Notes under the pieces: generated by a model
Databases searched by the model: none
The model's input: the letters and a program-made list of their open reading frames with translations, nothing else
Told to the model about the DNA's origin: nothing
Made by a program: the position numbers and the translations under genes
NCBI GenBank assembly: GCA_041740815.1
Contig: JBGSLG010000192.1
Coordinates: 382-64,381 of the forward strand
DNA length: 64,000 bases
From: Bacteroidales bacterium
GTDB lineage: Bacteria > Bacteroidota > Bacteroidia > Bacteroidales > VadinHA17
Reading direction: 5' to 3'
In this document: positions 9,128 through 17,781 of the stretch, piece after piece
Layout: each line of letters begins with the position of its first letter
How positions within the stretch are numbered: position 1 is the stretch's first letter

Positions 9128-9883
9128 ATGAGGATTAACAGATATAATCACCTTAATGTCAACGTTTTTACGACGAGGATGGAGATGGGACGTGCTGCCG
9201 GAAGGGACGTAGAGGAGCGGATAGAAGCGTTGCTAAAGGTCAAGGATGAGATAAGGATGGTCTTTGCAGCCGCTCCTTCACAGAATGAAATGCTTGATTA
9301 CCTGGCAGGCTCAGAGGTTATTGACTGGAGCAGGGTGACAGCCTTTCATATGGACGAATATTTAGGCCTCAACGGAAGGGCTGACCAGCTCTTTTCTCTC
9401 TATCTCTCGCGAAGACTATTCAGTAAGGTCAGGATGAAGAAAGTCCACCTGCTTAACGGAACTGCTGATTCCGAAGAGGAGGCACGGAGATATTCATCGC
9501 TGCTGACGGAAGCGCCAATTGACATCATATGCCTGGGGATAGGAGAGAACGGCCACATTGCCTTCAATGATCCACCGGTGGCTGATTTCGGTGACACCAG
9601 TATTGTCAAGAAGGTCAGCCTTGACAGGGCGTGTCGGATACAGCAAGTCAATGAAGGATGCTTCGCCACACTTGATGAGGTACCCAAAAAGGCACTGACA
9701 CTCACTATTCCTGTCATCTTTAATGCATCGCACCTCTTCTGTGTTGTTCCCGGAGCAAGCAAGAGAGAGGCCGTGTACAATACCCTGAACGGTCCGGTTA
9801 CTACTGCCTGCCCCGCATCGGTGCTGCAAAAACACCCCGACTGCAGATTTTATTTCGACAGGGATTCTTTCGGAGAAGTGTAA
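9128..9883 (+). CDS. nagB: Glucosamine-6-phosphate deaminase/isomerase family protein
   Basis: 251 aa with the family motif CLGIGENGHIAFNDPP and the upstream FHMDEY. No signal peptide. Confidence 0.8.
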   Translation: MRINRYNHLNVNVFTTRMEMGRAAGRDVEERIEALLKVKDEIRMVFAAAPSQNEMLDYLAGSEVIDWSRVTAFHMDEYLGLNGRADQLFSLYLSRRLFSKVRMKKVHLLNGTADSEEEARRYSSLLTEAPIDIICLGIGENGHIAFNDPPVADFGDTSIVKKVSLDRACRIQQVNEGCFATLDEVPKKALTLTIPVIFNASHLFCVVPGASKREAVYNTLNGPVTTACPASVLQKHPDCRFYFDRDSFGEV

Positions 9884-9901
9884 AATTATTATGTTTAAAG
9901 A

Positions 9902-11809
9902 ATGAGCAGAGGAAGACGAAGATTCTTAAAAAACATGGTTACAGGCACTGCCGGTGTTGCGCTGGGGGGACTATTTATTAATGCAGCACCGGCAGATGCC
10001 TTTAAGCGGATCTTCTTCAACCCGGCATCGGGAGACTCACCCGTCTTTCCGTTCCTGAGGTATGTAACCAAATACAATATAGGTGAGTATATACCAAAGG
10101 ACCAGGGCGGCAAATTTATTCAGATGACACTCATCCAGTCAGAGGAGGATGAGAAAATAGTTGCTGCCGTCAGGGGAGGACTCATCCGGGATATTTACGG
10201 GGAGCCGACAGGCTGGTCTAAATATGAAAAGAGTGAGATAGAAAAGAGTGTCTGGCTGAACAGGTTCTATATCCTTCCATCGTTTGCAAGATTGTATCAC
10301 CTGTCAGGTGACCGCAGCTATCTTGACGAAATGATGGGTATCATAAGGCAATGGATTGCTGATAACCCGCGCCTGCCTGACTCACACCGCGCTACCTATA
10401 ACTGGAGAGACATGCAGGTGGCATGGCGCTCAATCCATTTTTCATGGTGTTATTACCTTGGAGAAAAGGGGCTGACCTCTGAGGAGAAAAGTCTCATCAT
10501 AGATACACTGAAGGAACATGCCCATATCCTGATAACCGGGTTCGGAGAGGCTAAACTGAATGAGTTCAATCACCAGTCGCACGGCGCACTGGCTATGCTC
10601 TATCTCGGTGTTCTCTTCCCTATGCTGGGTGAGGCCGCAGAGCTGCGGAGCAAGGCAATGATCATCCTTAACCATCACCTTGAAAAAGCTTTTTATGCCG
10701 ATGGCGGCAACGTGGAGCAGATGTTCGGTTACTATCCGTTCGAGACACATCTTTTCCGTGATGCGTTCCTGATATGCACGGCTAACGGCCTTGAGCCCCC
10801 GGTCAACTCGCTCCCGATGCTCCGTAAGATGGTTCATTTCCTGTCTTCGGTTGAACGGCCTGACGGAACAGTACCGCAGGTTAATGATTCTTACGAGATG
10901 CCGGTGCAACCGACAATTGATACGGTAAATGAGATCCTTGGTTCAATGGCTCTGATTGAAAAGAGAGAATCGGTTTATTTTCGTGACACCCAGGTGGCGA
11001 TGATGAGAGACAAGGATCAGAGCGGATGGTATCTGCTTGCTAACCCCGCCTCCGTTATAGGGGCCCATGCACATGCCGGCCGGCTGGGCTTCGAGATGTG
11101 GCACGCCGGGGCCCCGCTCATAATAGAGAGCGGATGCTGCAACTATGATGACCCGGCACTGGTTTCATGGTACCGGACAACAAGGGCCCATAACACGGTT
11201 GTGATCGACGGCGTTACTGAGGCCGCCACATCATCAAAGCTGCTCTGGGTGCCGCGGAGAGAGACACCTAACAGGATAACCTCATGGGAGCCCGGCATTG
11301 AAATGTCATCTCTGGAAATGGTCTCACCGCCGGAGGAACTGACTAACTCATCCGTTCGCTGGACCAGGAAAATTACAATTGTCAGCGCCTCCGTGGCCGT
11401 CATAAGTGATACCTTTGAGGCTGAAGGAGAGCACAGGTATGAGATACTGCTTCACTTTCCTCCTGCATCAGTCACTGTTGACCAGTCGCGTAAATCATTG
11501 ACAGTCAATTCGGGGACAGCTACGGAAGTATTTGCGGCAGATAAAAATCTGATAACTGAAGTAGGGCTCTCCACCGGCCTGGTCAGCATCAGCGGCATCA
11601 GCAGGGAGGCCCCGGTGGCCTCATTCGTTCTTAAAGGTACGGGCACCATTCACTCACACCTGATTGTCGTGCCATCAACAGGAGAAGATGGCATACCGAA
11701 GGTGAAAGTCAGTAAAAAGAGGGATGGTACCGTCATCAGCTTAAGTGACGGAGATGGCAATAAGCGCAGGATATCAATCTCAGACAGAGGTGTCATCCTG
11801 GTAAAATAA
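9902..11809 (+). CDS. Heparinase II/III-like polysaccharide lyase family protein with Tat signal
   Basis: Twin-arginine signal SRGRRRFLKNMVTGTAGVALGG. An alpha/alpha toroid-like N-half carries NHQSHG. The C-half carries IGAHAHAGRLGFEMWHAG and RAHNTVVIDG, typical of the heparinase II/III-like domain. Confidence 0.7.
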   Translation: MSRGRRRFLKNMVTGTAGVALGGLFINAAPADAFKRIFFNPASGDSPVFPFLRYVTKYNIGEYIPKDQGGKFIQMTLIQSEEDEKIVAAVRGGLIRDIYGEPTGWSKYEKSEIEKSVWLNRFYILPSFARLYHLSGDRSYLDEMMGIIRQWIADNPRLPDSHRATYNWRDMQVAWRSIHFSWCYYLGEKGLTSEEKSLIIDTLKEHAHILITGFGEAKLNEFNHQSHGALAMLYLGVLFPMLGEAAELRSKAMIILNHHLEKAFYADGGNVEQMFGYYPFETHLFRDAFLICTANGLEPPVNSLPMLRKMVHFLSSVERPDGTVPQVNDSYEMPVQPTIDTVNEILGSMALIEKRESVYFRDTQVAMMRDKDQSGWYLLANPASVIGAHAHAGRLGFEMWHAGAPLIIESGCCNYDDPALVSWYRTTRAHNTVVIDGVTEAATSSKLLWVPRRETPNRITSWEPGIEMSSLEMVSPPEELTNSSVRWTRKITIVSASVAVISDTFEAEGEHRYEILLHFPPASVTVDQSRKSLTVNSGTATEVFAADKNLITEVGLSTGLVSISGISREAPVASFVLKGTGTIHSHLIVVPSTGEDGIPKVKVSKKRDGTVISLSDGDGNKRRISISDRGVILVK

Positions 11810-11814
11810 TCGTT

Positions 11815-13431
11815 ATGATTAATGGATTTAAGTTTAAATCAGTAAAGCAAATGGGCAGAAGAGTGTTCTATATCATTCCGGTGGTGCTGATTATTCTGGC
11901 AGGTTGCCGGAATGCCGATACAGCCGCACAGGATGTTCAGGAACCCGTACAGCTAACCGGGAATCAGTTCGGAGTAAGAGGATTCCATGTTGATCTGCGT
12001 ATCCAGGTCATGACCATGGAGGCTCTCATGGCCCTGGCAGATGAACTGGCCGGATTTGGTATAAATACTCTCGTGATGGAGTGGGAGGCATCATACCCCT
12101 ACCTTAACAATGCAACCATCTCCAACGATCTTGCCTATTCCCGGGAGGAGATCGCTTCATTCATTGACTATTGTGAGGAGCGGGGAATCGATGTCATTCC
12201 CCTTCAGCAGTGCTTCGGGCATGTAGAATATATTTTGAGGCATGACCGGTATAGCGCCCTGAAGGAGGATCGCAAGGATATCTCGCAGCTGTGCCCGCTT
12301 GAGAAAGAGGCTGACAGCCTTCTGTTTGCAGACCTCTTTGCCGATATGGCCTCAATGCATCAGTCTGATTACATTCATATCGGCGGTGATGAAACATATC
12401 TCCTGGGCCATTGTCCCGACTGCTCCCTCAAGGCTGCTACCGAAGGCAAATCCAAGCTCTTCGTCGACTACATGAAGATGATGTGCGACATAATCATAGG
12501 CCTTGGAAAGAAGCCGGTGATGTGGGCTGATATACTTCTCAAGTATCCGGAAGCTGCCGCGGAGATGCCTGATGAGACCATCTTCATAGACTGGAATTAC
12601 GGCTGGAAGACAAATTACTTTGGAGATATAACTGCCCTACAGGAGCAGGGATTTGAATTCTGGGGTTCGCCGGCTATCAGAAGCCATCCGGACAACGCTT
12701 ACGTCACATGCTGGGAGAAGCACTTTATTAACCAGCGCGAATTCATTCCGTACGCACGTGAGGCAGGATATACAGGCGTGGTGATGACATCATGGTCCAC
12801 ATCGGGAGTGTATGGCTTTCTGTGGGACGTCAACTTCGAGGTGATGGAGATGGAGCAGATACGCAACACCTATCCGCTTTCAGGCTTCAGAATACTGCTG
12901 GCATCTTATGCACAGGCTCTTAACCAGCTGGAACCGATTGATCCTCATAAGTTTGTGCTTCAGTATGCCATTGATCGCTTCGGCCTGACAGAAGCTGAGG
13001 GAGAGCTTTTATGGGAGACACTCACAATCTCACCTGAACTCATTGTGAACGGCAAACCTGCCACCTCTCCTTCAATCAGCGCCATGCGGGATACCGTTGC
13101 TGCAGCTGTCGCGAAGATGAATACCCTTAAGTCGGTGAAAAACACAAAAGAATTTGAGCATCTCAGACTTATGCTTGACATCAGGAATCACTACCTGGCG
13201 TTCAAGGAGACTGAAGCCCGCTTCAATGCACCCGGTTTTACAATTGATGGAAGGGAGAGCATTGTTGCAGACCTGGAAAAGCTTATCAAAGAATCAAGGA
13301 CCCTTGACAGGAGATTTGCCAGGCTTAACAAGGGCTATCTGTATGATACGGAGATTGCCGAACAGAATCTGATAAGGAACCGGAAGATGATGCTGCTTCA
13401 TGAGAGGCTCACCGGAAACAGGACACTTTAA
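11815..13431 (+). CDS. GH20-family-like hexosaminidase
   Basis: TIM-barrel motifs RGFHVDL, QCFGHVEYIL and YIHIGGDETYLLGHCPDC, with the GH20 catalytic D-E pair intact. Lipobox LAGC; an alternative start is the Met at 11851. Confidence 0.7.
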   Translation: MINGFKFKSVKQMGRRVFYIIPVVLIILAGCRNADTAAQDVQEPVQLTGNQFGVRGFHVDLRIQVMTMEALMALADELAGFGINTLVMEWEASYPYLNNATISNDLAYSREEIASFIDYCEERGIDVIPLQQCFGHVEYILRHDRYSALKEDRKDISQLCPLEKEADSLLFADLFADMASMHQSDYIHIGGDETYLLGHCPDCSLKAATEGKSKLFVDYMKMMCDIIIGLGKKPVMWADILLKYPEAAAEMPDETIFIDWNYGWKTNYFGDITALQEQGFEFWGSPAIRSHPDNAYVTCWEKHFINQREFIPYAREAGYTGVVMTSWSTSGVYGFLWDVNFEVMEMEQIRNTYPLSGFRILLASYAQALNQLEPIDPHKFVLQYAIDRFGLTEAEGELLWETLTISPELIVNGKPATSPSISAMRDTVAAAVAKMNTLKSVKNTKEFEHLRLMLDIRNHYLAFKETEARFNAPGFTIDGRESIVADLEKLIKESRTLDRRFARLNKGYLYDTEIAEQNLIRNRKMMLLHERLTGNRTL

Positions 13432-13474
13432 CATGCGAGGCTCACCGGAATCAGAACACAGTTATATGCGAGGC
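13400..13474 (+). repeat. 33-bp tandem repeat, about 2.3 copies, spanning the end of the GH20-like gene and the start of the esterase gene
   Basis: Unit 1 (13400-13432) is ATGAGAGGCTCACCGGAAACAGGACACTTTAAC. Unit 2 (13433-13465) is ATGCGAGGCTCACCGGAATCAGAACACAGTTAT. A partial third unit, ATGCGAGGC, starts at 13466. Confidence 0.85.
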
Positions 13475-14314
13475 AGGCTGACACGGTTTTTGTTGCTGGC
13501 AGCGCTCTTCTCATTGTCTGCTGCGATGGTTCAGGATGAACGAACAAGGTTTTTTCCCCGGAGCCAGGAGTACGTTGATGTCATGCCCCCCAGGGAAAAG
13601 GTCTGGCTCTTTGTGCTTGCCGGACAGTCGAATATGGCTGGCCGGGGCGTTGTTGAGCCGGGCGACACGGTGCCTCATCCGCGCATCTTTACGGTTACTC
13701 CGGATAACCGCTGGGTGGTGGCAAAGGAGCCCCTGCAGCTCTATCAGCCGGCACTCACCGGCCTGGGACCGGGACTGGCGTTTGCCAGGGCTTTGATTGA
13801 GGAACTTGACGAAGACATTTATATCGGACTGATACCCTGTGCCGTTGGCGGCAGTTCAGTCGGCAACTGGCTCAGTGATTCGCTCTTCAATGGTGTAAAA
13901 CTCAAGAGCAACTTCACTGATAAGGTGCTCCGGGCCAAAGAGTACGGAACGGTGAAAGGCATCATCTGGCACCAGGGTGAAGCCGATGCCACTGCCGCTA
14001 AACTACCCCGCTACAAGGCTGACATGACTCTCCTTTTTGATTACTTCAGGGGGGTGACAGGGAATGAGAATCTCCCGATAATAGCCGGTGAGCTTGGCAT
14101 ATTCCCCGGAGTTGAGAAGAACAGGCAGGAATACATGATTCTGAATGACATCCTCCTGGAAATTACCCGGGAGGATCCTGACATGGCCCTGGTTAGATCA
14201 TTCGGCCTGAAGGCGAAGGAGGACAACGTGCATTTTGATTCCCGGTCGCAACGGATCATGGGCAGGAGGTATGCATCTTCATGGCTGTCACTCACCCGTA
14301 ACATGAACAAATAA
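13466..14314 (+). CDS. SGNH/DUF303 sialate-O-acetylesterase-like carbohydrate esterase
   Basis: Catalytic motifs LAGQSNMAGRG (nucleophile Ser), WHQGEAD and DNVHFD (D-x-x-H). I prefer the third in-frame ATG (13466, MRGRLTRFLLLAALFSLSAA signal) over the track start at 13400, which overlaps the upstream gene. Confidence 0.75.
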   Translation: MRGRLTRFLLLAALFSLSAAMVQDERTRFFPRSQEYVDVMPPREKVWLFVLAGQSNMAGRGVVEPGDTVPHPRIFTVTPDNRWVVAKEPLQLYQPALTGLGPGLAFARALIEELDEDIYIGLIPCAVGGSSVGNWLSDSLFNGVKLKSNFTDKVLRAKEYGTVKGIIWHQGEADATAAKLPRYKADMTLLFDYFRGVTGNENLPIIAGELGIFPGVEKNRQEYMILNDILLEITREDPDMALVRSFGLKAKEDNVHFDSRSQRIMGRRYASSWLSLTRNMNK

Positions 14315-14324
14315 AACCACAGAC

Positions 14325-15791
14325 ATGCAGCTGATAGACTGGATAGTTCTCGCACTCTATTTTTTGTTGCTCATCTCGGTAGGCTTCTGGGCCTACAGAA
14401 GGGTTAACAATTCGGCCGATTTCTTCACCGCCGGAGGCAAGCTGCCGTGGTGGCTCTCGGGGGTATCCCACCATGTGTCAGGCTACAGCGGTGCGGTATT
14501 TGTTGCCTATGCAGGGATAGCCTACACCAACGGACTGACCATTTATATATGGTGGGCATGTGCCGTTGCTGCTGCCACCTTCCTGGGTGCGCACCTCGTA
14601 GCTCCTCGCTGGGCCCGGTTACGGATTGCTACCGGCATACAGTCGCCCACCGAATACCTCCTTACCCGGTACAATCTAAATACCCAACAGCTCATTGCCT
14701 GGTCGGGCGTCGTTATAAAAATATTTGACGTGGGGGCCAAATGGGCTGCCATAGCCATTCTTCTGAATATTTTCGCCGGAACCTCATTCCTGACCGGCAT
14801 CCTTCTCGCCGGATCCGTCTCTCTAATATACAGTACACTGGGAGGCTTGTGGGCTGATGTGGTGAACGACTTTGCACAGTTCATTGTGCAGCTTATAGCC
14901 GGGATAACAATGTTCGTGATCGTACTGATAAACCTGGGCGACGGCCCGGCAGGATTCCTGACGCTGTGGGACAGGTTGCCGGATTCGCATTCGGCTGCCT
15001 TCAGTGATCCCTATACCTGGCAGTTTCTGATTGCTATGGTTATCATTGACTTTTTCAGCTACAGCGGTGGCACCTGGCACCTGGCAACACGCTTCATCGC
15101 CTCCTCTTCGGGCCAGGTGGCCAGGAAGGCAGCCACACTCTCATCAATCCTTTACCTGTTGTGGCCCATAGTGCTTTTCTTCCCAATGTTCGCCGCTCCA
15201 CTGTTCCTCCCTGACCTGGAAGACCCTACGCGTGCCTACGGGATGCTCGCCATCAGGTTCCTGCCGGCAGGCCTGGTAGGCCTCGTGATGGCCTCGCTCT
15301 TTACAAACACCCTCTCAATGACCTCTTCGGATGCAAATACAATCTCAGCGGTAATCACACGTGATATCCTGCCCCGTTTCATCAAAGGCTTCGCTGATTA
15401 CCCCAGGAAGAAAATATTGCTCTTCGCCAGGATATCAACATTTTCCTTCACGGTACTGACAATACTTATCGCTATCAATGCCGAGAGTTTCGGAGGTGTT
15501 TTCGGACTCATTGTTTCGTGGTTCGCGGCTCTTCTGGGTCCCATTTCAATACCGATGATCCTGGGCCTGTTGCCGGCCTTCCGCAGGTGCGACAGCCGGA
15601 TAGCCATTATATCCATCCTCTCAGGAATTGGCGCATTCATTATTGTTAAACTTATACCGGGAGCTTCACTTGCCCTGGAGGTTGGGGTTCCGCTCTTTAC
15701 ATCATTAATATTGTATATTGCCGCAGGGTTACTGATCAGGAGAGAGGTACCGGAGCGGGTTGATATTCTGATGAGTTCACTTAAGAAATAG
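14325..15791 (+). CDS. Sodium:solute symporter (SSS) family transporter
   Basis: 488 aa and polytopic. The N-terminal pattern is YFLLLISVGFWAYRRVNNSADFFTAGGKLPWW and the protein is hydrophobic throughout. Confidence 0.85.
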   Translation: MQLIDWIVLALYFLLLISVGFWAYRRVNNSADFFTAGGKLPWWLSGVSHHVSGYSGAVFVAYAGIAYTNGLTIYIWWACAVAAATFLGAHLVAPRWARLRIATGIQSPTEYLLTRYNLNTQQLIAWSGVVIKIFDVGAKWAAIAILLNIFAGTSFLTGILLAGSVSLIYSTLGGLWADVVNDFAQFIVQLIAGITMFVIVLINLGDGPAGFLTLWDRLPDSHSAAFSDPYTWQFLIAMVIIDFFSYSGGTWHLATRFIASSSGQVARKAATLSSILYLLWPIVLFFPMFAAPLFLPDLEDPTRAYGMLAIRFLPAGLVGLVMASLFTNTLSMTSSDANTISAVITRDILPRFIKGFADYPRKKILLFARISTFSFTVLTILIAINAESFGGVFGLIVSWFAALLGPISIPMILGLLPAFRRCDSRIAIISILSGIGAFIIVKLIPGASLALEVGVPLFTSLILYIAAGLLIRREVPERVDILMSSLKK

Positions 15792-15800
15792 AAGTAACAG

Positions 15801-17021
15801 GTGCGAATGGCAACAGGTGATACAGTGATTTACGGACGCAGTTACCAGAGCGGTAAATCGTTACGGGTGGAACTTGCGGGCGGTATTATAAAGAGCATTG
15901 AGGAGATCGCCGAAAAAAGCATTGAGGAGGCAGGCGAAAAGAGCATTGAAGAGACCGCTGACAAAAAAGCTCCGGACTACCTGATTGCTCCCGGGCTGAC
16001 TGACCTTCAGGTCAACGGCTATGCAGGATTTGATCTCAATACTGACCCGCTTATTCCGGAAACAGTAAGGGATATCTCTGTCAGGCTATGGAGCGAGGGG
16101 GTAACTACCTTTTTCCCGACCGTCATCACCAACAGCTGTGATAATATCCTCAGTTATGTGCGTGCTATAGCCGAAGCCTGTCAGTTGTTTGCGGAGGCCG
16201 CTGCGGCTGTGGGAGGCATTCATCTTGAGGGACCCTTCATCTCACCTGAGGCTGGCGCCCGGGGAGCACATCCGGCTCAGCATGTGCGGCCCCCAGACTG
16301 GGATCTCTTCTGCCGGTGGCAGGAGGCATGCGGAGGCATGATACGCATCATCACCCTCTCACCCGAATGGCCCGGTGCTGGTGATTTTATCAGGCGGGCA
16401 TCAGAGAGCGGCGTGACAGTTGCAATAGGCCATACAGCAGCCACACCTGAACAGATAAGGGAAGCCGTGGCATCCGGGGCTACACTCTCCACTCACCTGG
16501 GCAACGGGTCTCACCAGATGCTGCCCAGACACAGAAACTACATATGGGAACAGCTCGCCGCAGACGAACTGTATGCAACCATGATATCCGACGGCTTCCA
16601 TCTCCCTGACGCGCTGATGAAGGTCTTCATGAGGACGAAACCGGGCCGGATGATCCTGGTGAGCGATGCCACCGGACTTACCGGGATGACTCCGGGAGAC
16701 TACAACACTCACATAGGAGGGGAGGTTACCCTCACCCCGGCCGGTAAGCTTCATATGAGAGGCAACCCGGATATGCTGGCCGGATCAGGCAAGTCGCTGA
16801 TACACTGCGTGGAGACACTGGCCTCTAAAGGATTGGCAACACTGGCCGAGGCACTTGATATGGCCGCCCAAATCCCTTACAGGATGGCAGGCCTGCCGGG
16901 TGAAGCTGTTCTGACTAACGGCGGGTTGGCTGACCTGATACTGATCAGGGAGGGGAGTGACGGATTAAAGGTTGTACGGACAATAAAGTCCGGGGTAACA
17001 GTTTTCAGCACGGATTTGTAA
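15801..17021 (+). CDS. nagA: N-acetylglucosamine-6-phosphate deacetylase
   Basis: Amidohydrolase motifs DLQVNGYAGFD, HLEGPF, AIGHTAA, THLGNG and SDGFH. The track start is the GTG at 15801; an ATG at 15807 is equally possible. Confidence 0.85.
   Translation: MRMATGDTVIYGRSYQSGKSLRVELAGGIIKSIEEIAEKSIEEAGEKSIEETADKKAPDYLIAPGLTDLQVNGYAGFDLNTDPLIPETVRDISVRLWSEGVTTFFPTVITNSCDNILSYVRAIAEACQLFAEAAAAVGGIHLEGPFISPEAGARGAHPAQHVRPPDWDLFCRWQEACGGMIRIITLSPEWPGAGDFIRRASESGVTVAIGHTAATPEQIREAVASGATLSTHLGNGSHQMLPRHRNYIWEQLAADELYATMISDGFHLPDALMKVFMRTKPGRMILVSDATGLTGMTPGDYNTHIGGEVTLTPAGKLHMRGNPDMLAGSGKSLIHCVETLASKGLATLAEALDMAAQIPYRMAGLPGEAVLTNGGLADLILIREGSDGLKVVRTIKSGVTVFSTDL
15891..15962 (+). repeat. In-frame 24-bp x3 tandem repeat inside nagA (KSIEEIAE/KSIEEAGE/KSIEETAD)
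   Basis: AAGAGCATTGAGGAGATCGCCGAA, AAAAGCATTGAGGAGGCAGGCGAA and AAGAGCATTGAAGAGACCGCTGAC, read directly from the sequence. Confidence 0.9.
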
Positions 17022-17046
17022 CCTGATCTTCAGAATCACAATAAAT

Positions 17047-17778
17047 ATGAATCAGATATCTCTTTTGTTATTATTGCTTGTCATTGCCGGATGCTCGGGG
17101 AAAAAGCCTGAATTTGTCATTCCTGAAGGAGCACGGGTCATCAGTTTCTCCGGTTATGAGTGGGTGGTATCCACCACCGGAGAGCAGAAGGCAGGCCCTG
17201 GACCAAATTATTTCTCTGACTCGGAGGAGAATGTCTGGGTTGATGACCGGGGGAGGCTTCACCTCAAGATCACATACCGCAACGGCAGATGGAACTGCTC
17301 AAGGGTTGAGCTTGCCAGGCATACAGGGTACGGCAAATATGTGTTTTATGTCTCGTCGAGGCCTGACAGCCTTGACCGGCAGGTGGTATGGGGACTGTAT
17401 ACCTACAAAAACGACACGGAGGAGATAGATATCGAATTCTCAAGATGGGGCTTCGACAACAACCAGGAGGCCCAGTATGCCATTCAGCCCTCGCACAAAC
17501 CAGGGAACAAGGCACGCTTCAGGATGAACCTGGAGGGAAGCTATTCGACTCATATCTTCGACTGGACAAAAAAATGGATTGATTTTGCCAGTTACCATGG
17601 CCACAGGCTTAACCCGGTCAATGAGACGGAGATAATCGCCCGCTGGCGCTATTACGGTGATGACAATCCCCCTGACAGCGATGAAAAACTGAAGATGAAC
17701 CTGTGGCTGTTCCGCGGCACGCCTCCATTAAACGGCAAGGAGACTGAAGTTGTGGTTGATCGTTTTGAAATCCTTTGA
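17047..17778 (+). CDS. GH16-like (concanavalin-fold) lipoprotein
   Basis: Lipobox VIAGCSG. It carries an E-x-D-x-E catalytic-type motif, EEIDIEFSRWG, in a beta-rich protein of about 240 aa. Confidence 0.5.
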   Translation: MNQISLLLLLLVIAGCSGKKPEFVIPEGARVISFSGYEWVVSTTGEQKAGPGPNYFSDSEENVWVDDRGRLHLKITYRNGRWNCSRVELARHTGYGKYVFYVSSRPDSLDRQVVWGLYTYKNDTEEIDIEFSRWGFDNNQEAQYAIQPSHKPGNKARFRMNLEGSYSTHIFDWTKKWIDFASYHGHRLNPVNETEIIARWRYYGDDNPPDSDEKLKMNLWLFRGTPPLNGKETEVVVDRFEIL

Positions 17779-17781
17779 ATC

